This document shows positions 62,899 to 64,000 of a DNA stretch of 64,000 nucleotides, piece after piece (the first letter of the stretch is position 1; every line of letters begins with the position of its first letter). The DNA comes from Massalongia carnosa. Lineage: Eukaryota. The stretch covers positions 2,232,001 to 2,296,000 of the forward strand of contig OZ287072.1 of the NCBI GenBank assembly GCA_965645245.1. The letters are read 5' to 3'. The position numbers and the translations under genes are program-made. The notes below the pieces were generated by a model. The model saw nothing but the letters and a program-made list of their open reading frames with translations, made no database searches and was not told the DNA's origin.

Positions 62899-63720
62899 TC
62901 AAGTCCGATTGCTTATGTAGGCGACGAGGTCATTGCTTATGAAAGAATCACCTTTGTCTAGGACGAGGAGATATGAGATGCGGTCCATCCTCCCTTGAAA
63001 TGCGGCCTTGTGCAGAGCAGTCTTCTCGCTGTCCTTGTTCCTCACGTCGACGTCGACAAGCGAGTCAAGCAAGCTCCGGATAGCCTGAACTCGAAGCCGC
63101 AATATGTAAGAGCGCCAATCCGAGACCATCTGGTCGTTCAATATCTGCACCTCTGACTTTCAACAGCTCAAATACGTCGTCATACTTAGCGGATAGAATA
63201 GCGATATGAAGCGGTGCACTCCCACCCCTCTTTGTCTTCAGAATTGTTAGTCTGGAAAAATTCGTTCCGCGCATCAATCTCGGCCTTGAGATCGAGGAGC
63301 ATTTCCGCTACTTCTGGAGGTGATTGATGCGCTGCTTCATGCAATGGTGTCCACCATTCGCTGTCCTTTGATACTCACCGATGTACCATGCTCCAGCAGC
63401 AGTTTGGTAACAGGAAAACGTCTCGTCATAGTAGCCTCTTGCAAGGGAGTCCGATTCGTCGCGTTCAAAGCATTTACGATTGTACCACCATCGAGTAACA
63501 ACTTCACAAGGCCTTCGGAACCTCTACAAGCGGCCTATTGTAATGGAGTTCTACCACTCCATGACTTCTTCGAGTACCACCTACCTACAATATTGGACTC
63601 CGCTGTAACGTCTGCACTACTTCCAGTAAGCGCCATGGCGATTGCTTAATTTCCGAATTCTATCACGAAGTGAAGCACCGGATTCCCACTATGGAGAAGT
63701 CCGTGTTGGCTTCCACTACA
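62899..63720 (-). pseudogene. Ankyrin-repeat protein, disrupted
   Basis: Fragments TPLQ*AACRGSEGLVKLLLDGG, RTPLQEA..KLLLEHG, APLHIAI..ELLKVRGADI and KTALHKAAFQGR lie in different frames with stops. Confidence 0.7.
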
Positions 63721-64000
63721 TAGGAAAAGCAATGGAGATAGATGCAGATTTAAATGTAAAGACACGATTCGGAATCATTTTAGATAAGATTTATAAACCG
63801 AAATAATTCCAATACTTAAAGATAGCTATCTGTTTCGGGAGAAGTTAAGATTGAACACCGAGAAGTACGTACTCAAGAGACTTGGATAGCTCAACGCCTT
63901 TATCAAGAAGGAGCATCACAACTACTCTGCTTCCTCTGATCGTCGCCCGGTGAAGTGCTGTATGACCATTTAGATCCTGTGCTTCAATCTCGGCCCCATT

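Overview
Eukaryotic DNA from a filamentous ascomycete (Pezizomycotina). It has short GT-AG introns with CTRAY branch points. A lichen-forming Lecanoromycete is plausible but cannot be shown from the sequence. Apparently intact intron-containing genes: an Rsc58-like nuclear protein, a DUF6594 membrane protein, a rhomboid protease, metacaspase, a 2OG-Fe(II) dioxygenase, RNase T2, a ~1,370-aa DUF3433 membrane protein with 17 tandem 17-aa repeats, and a PTH11-like receptor. There is also an intronless cupin and several orphan ORFs. Between them lies a dense set of unprocessed pseudogenes: the iron regulator hapX, ribosomal protein S27, a secreted large-subunit catalase, a small Cys-containing secreted protein, a pathogen-related protein and two ankyrin-repeat genes. 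Mobile DNA comprises a Tc1-like relic, a TIR-bounded pogo/Fot1 element carrying two different nested solo LTRs, a LINE 3' fragment, and a 1,000-bp non-coding copia-type miniature LTR element (TRIM-like) with 116-bp LTRs, a Ty5/copia-type primer-binding site and a 5-bp TSD. All family assignments come from motif recognition by eye; no searches were run.
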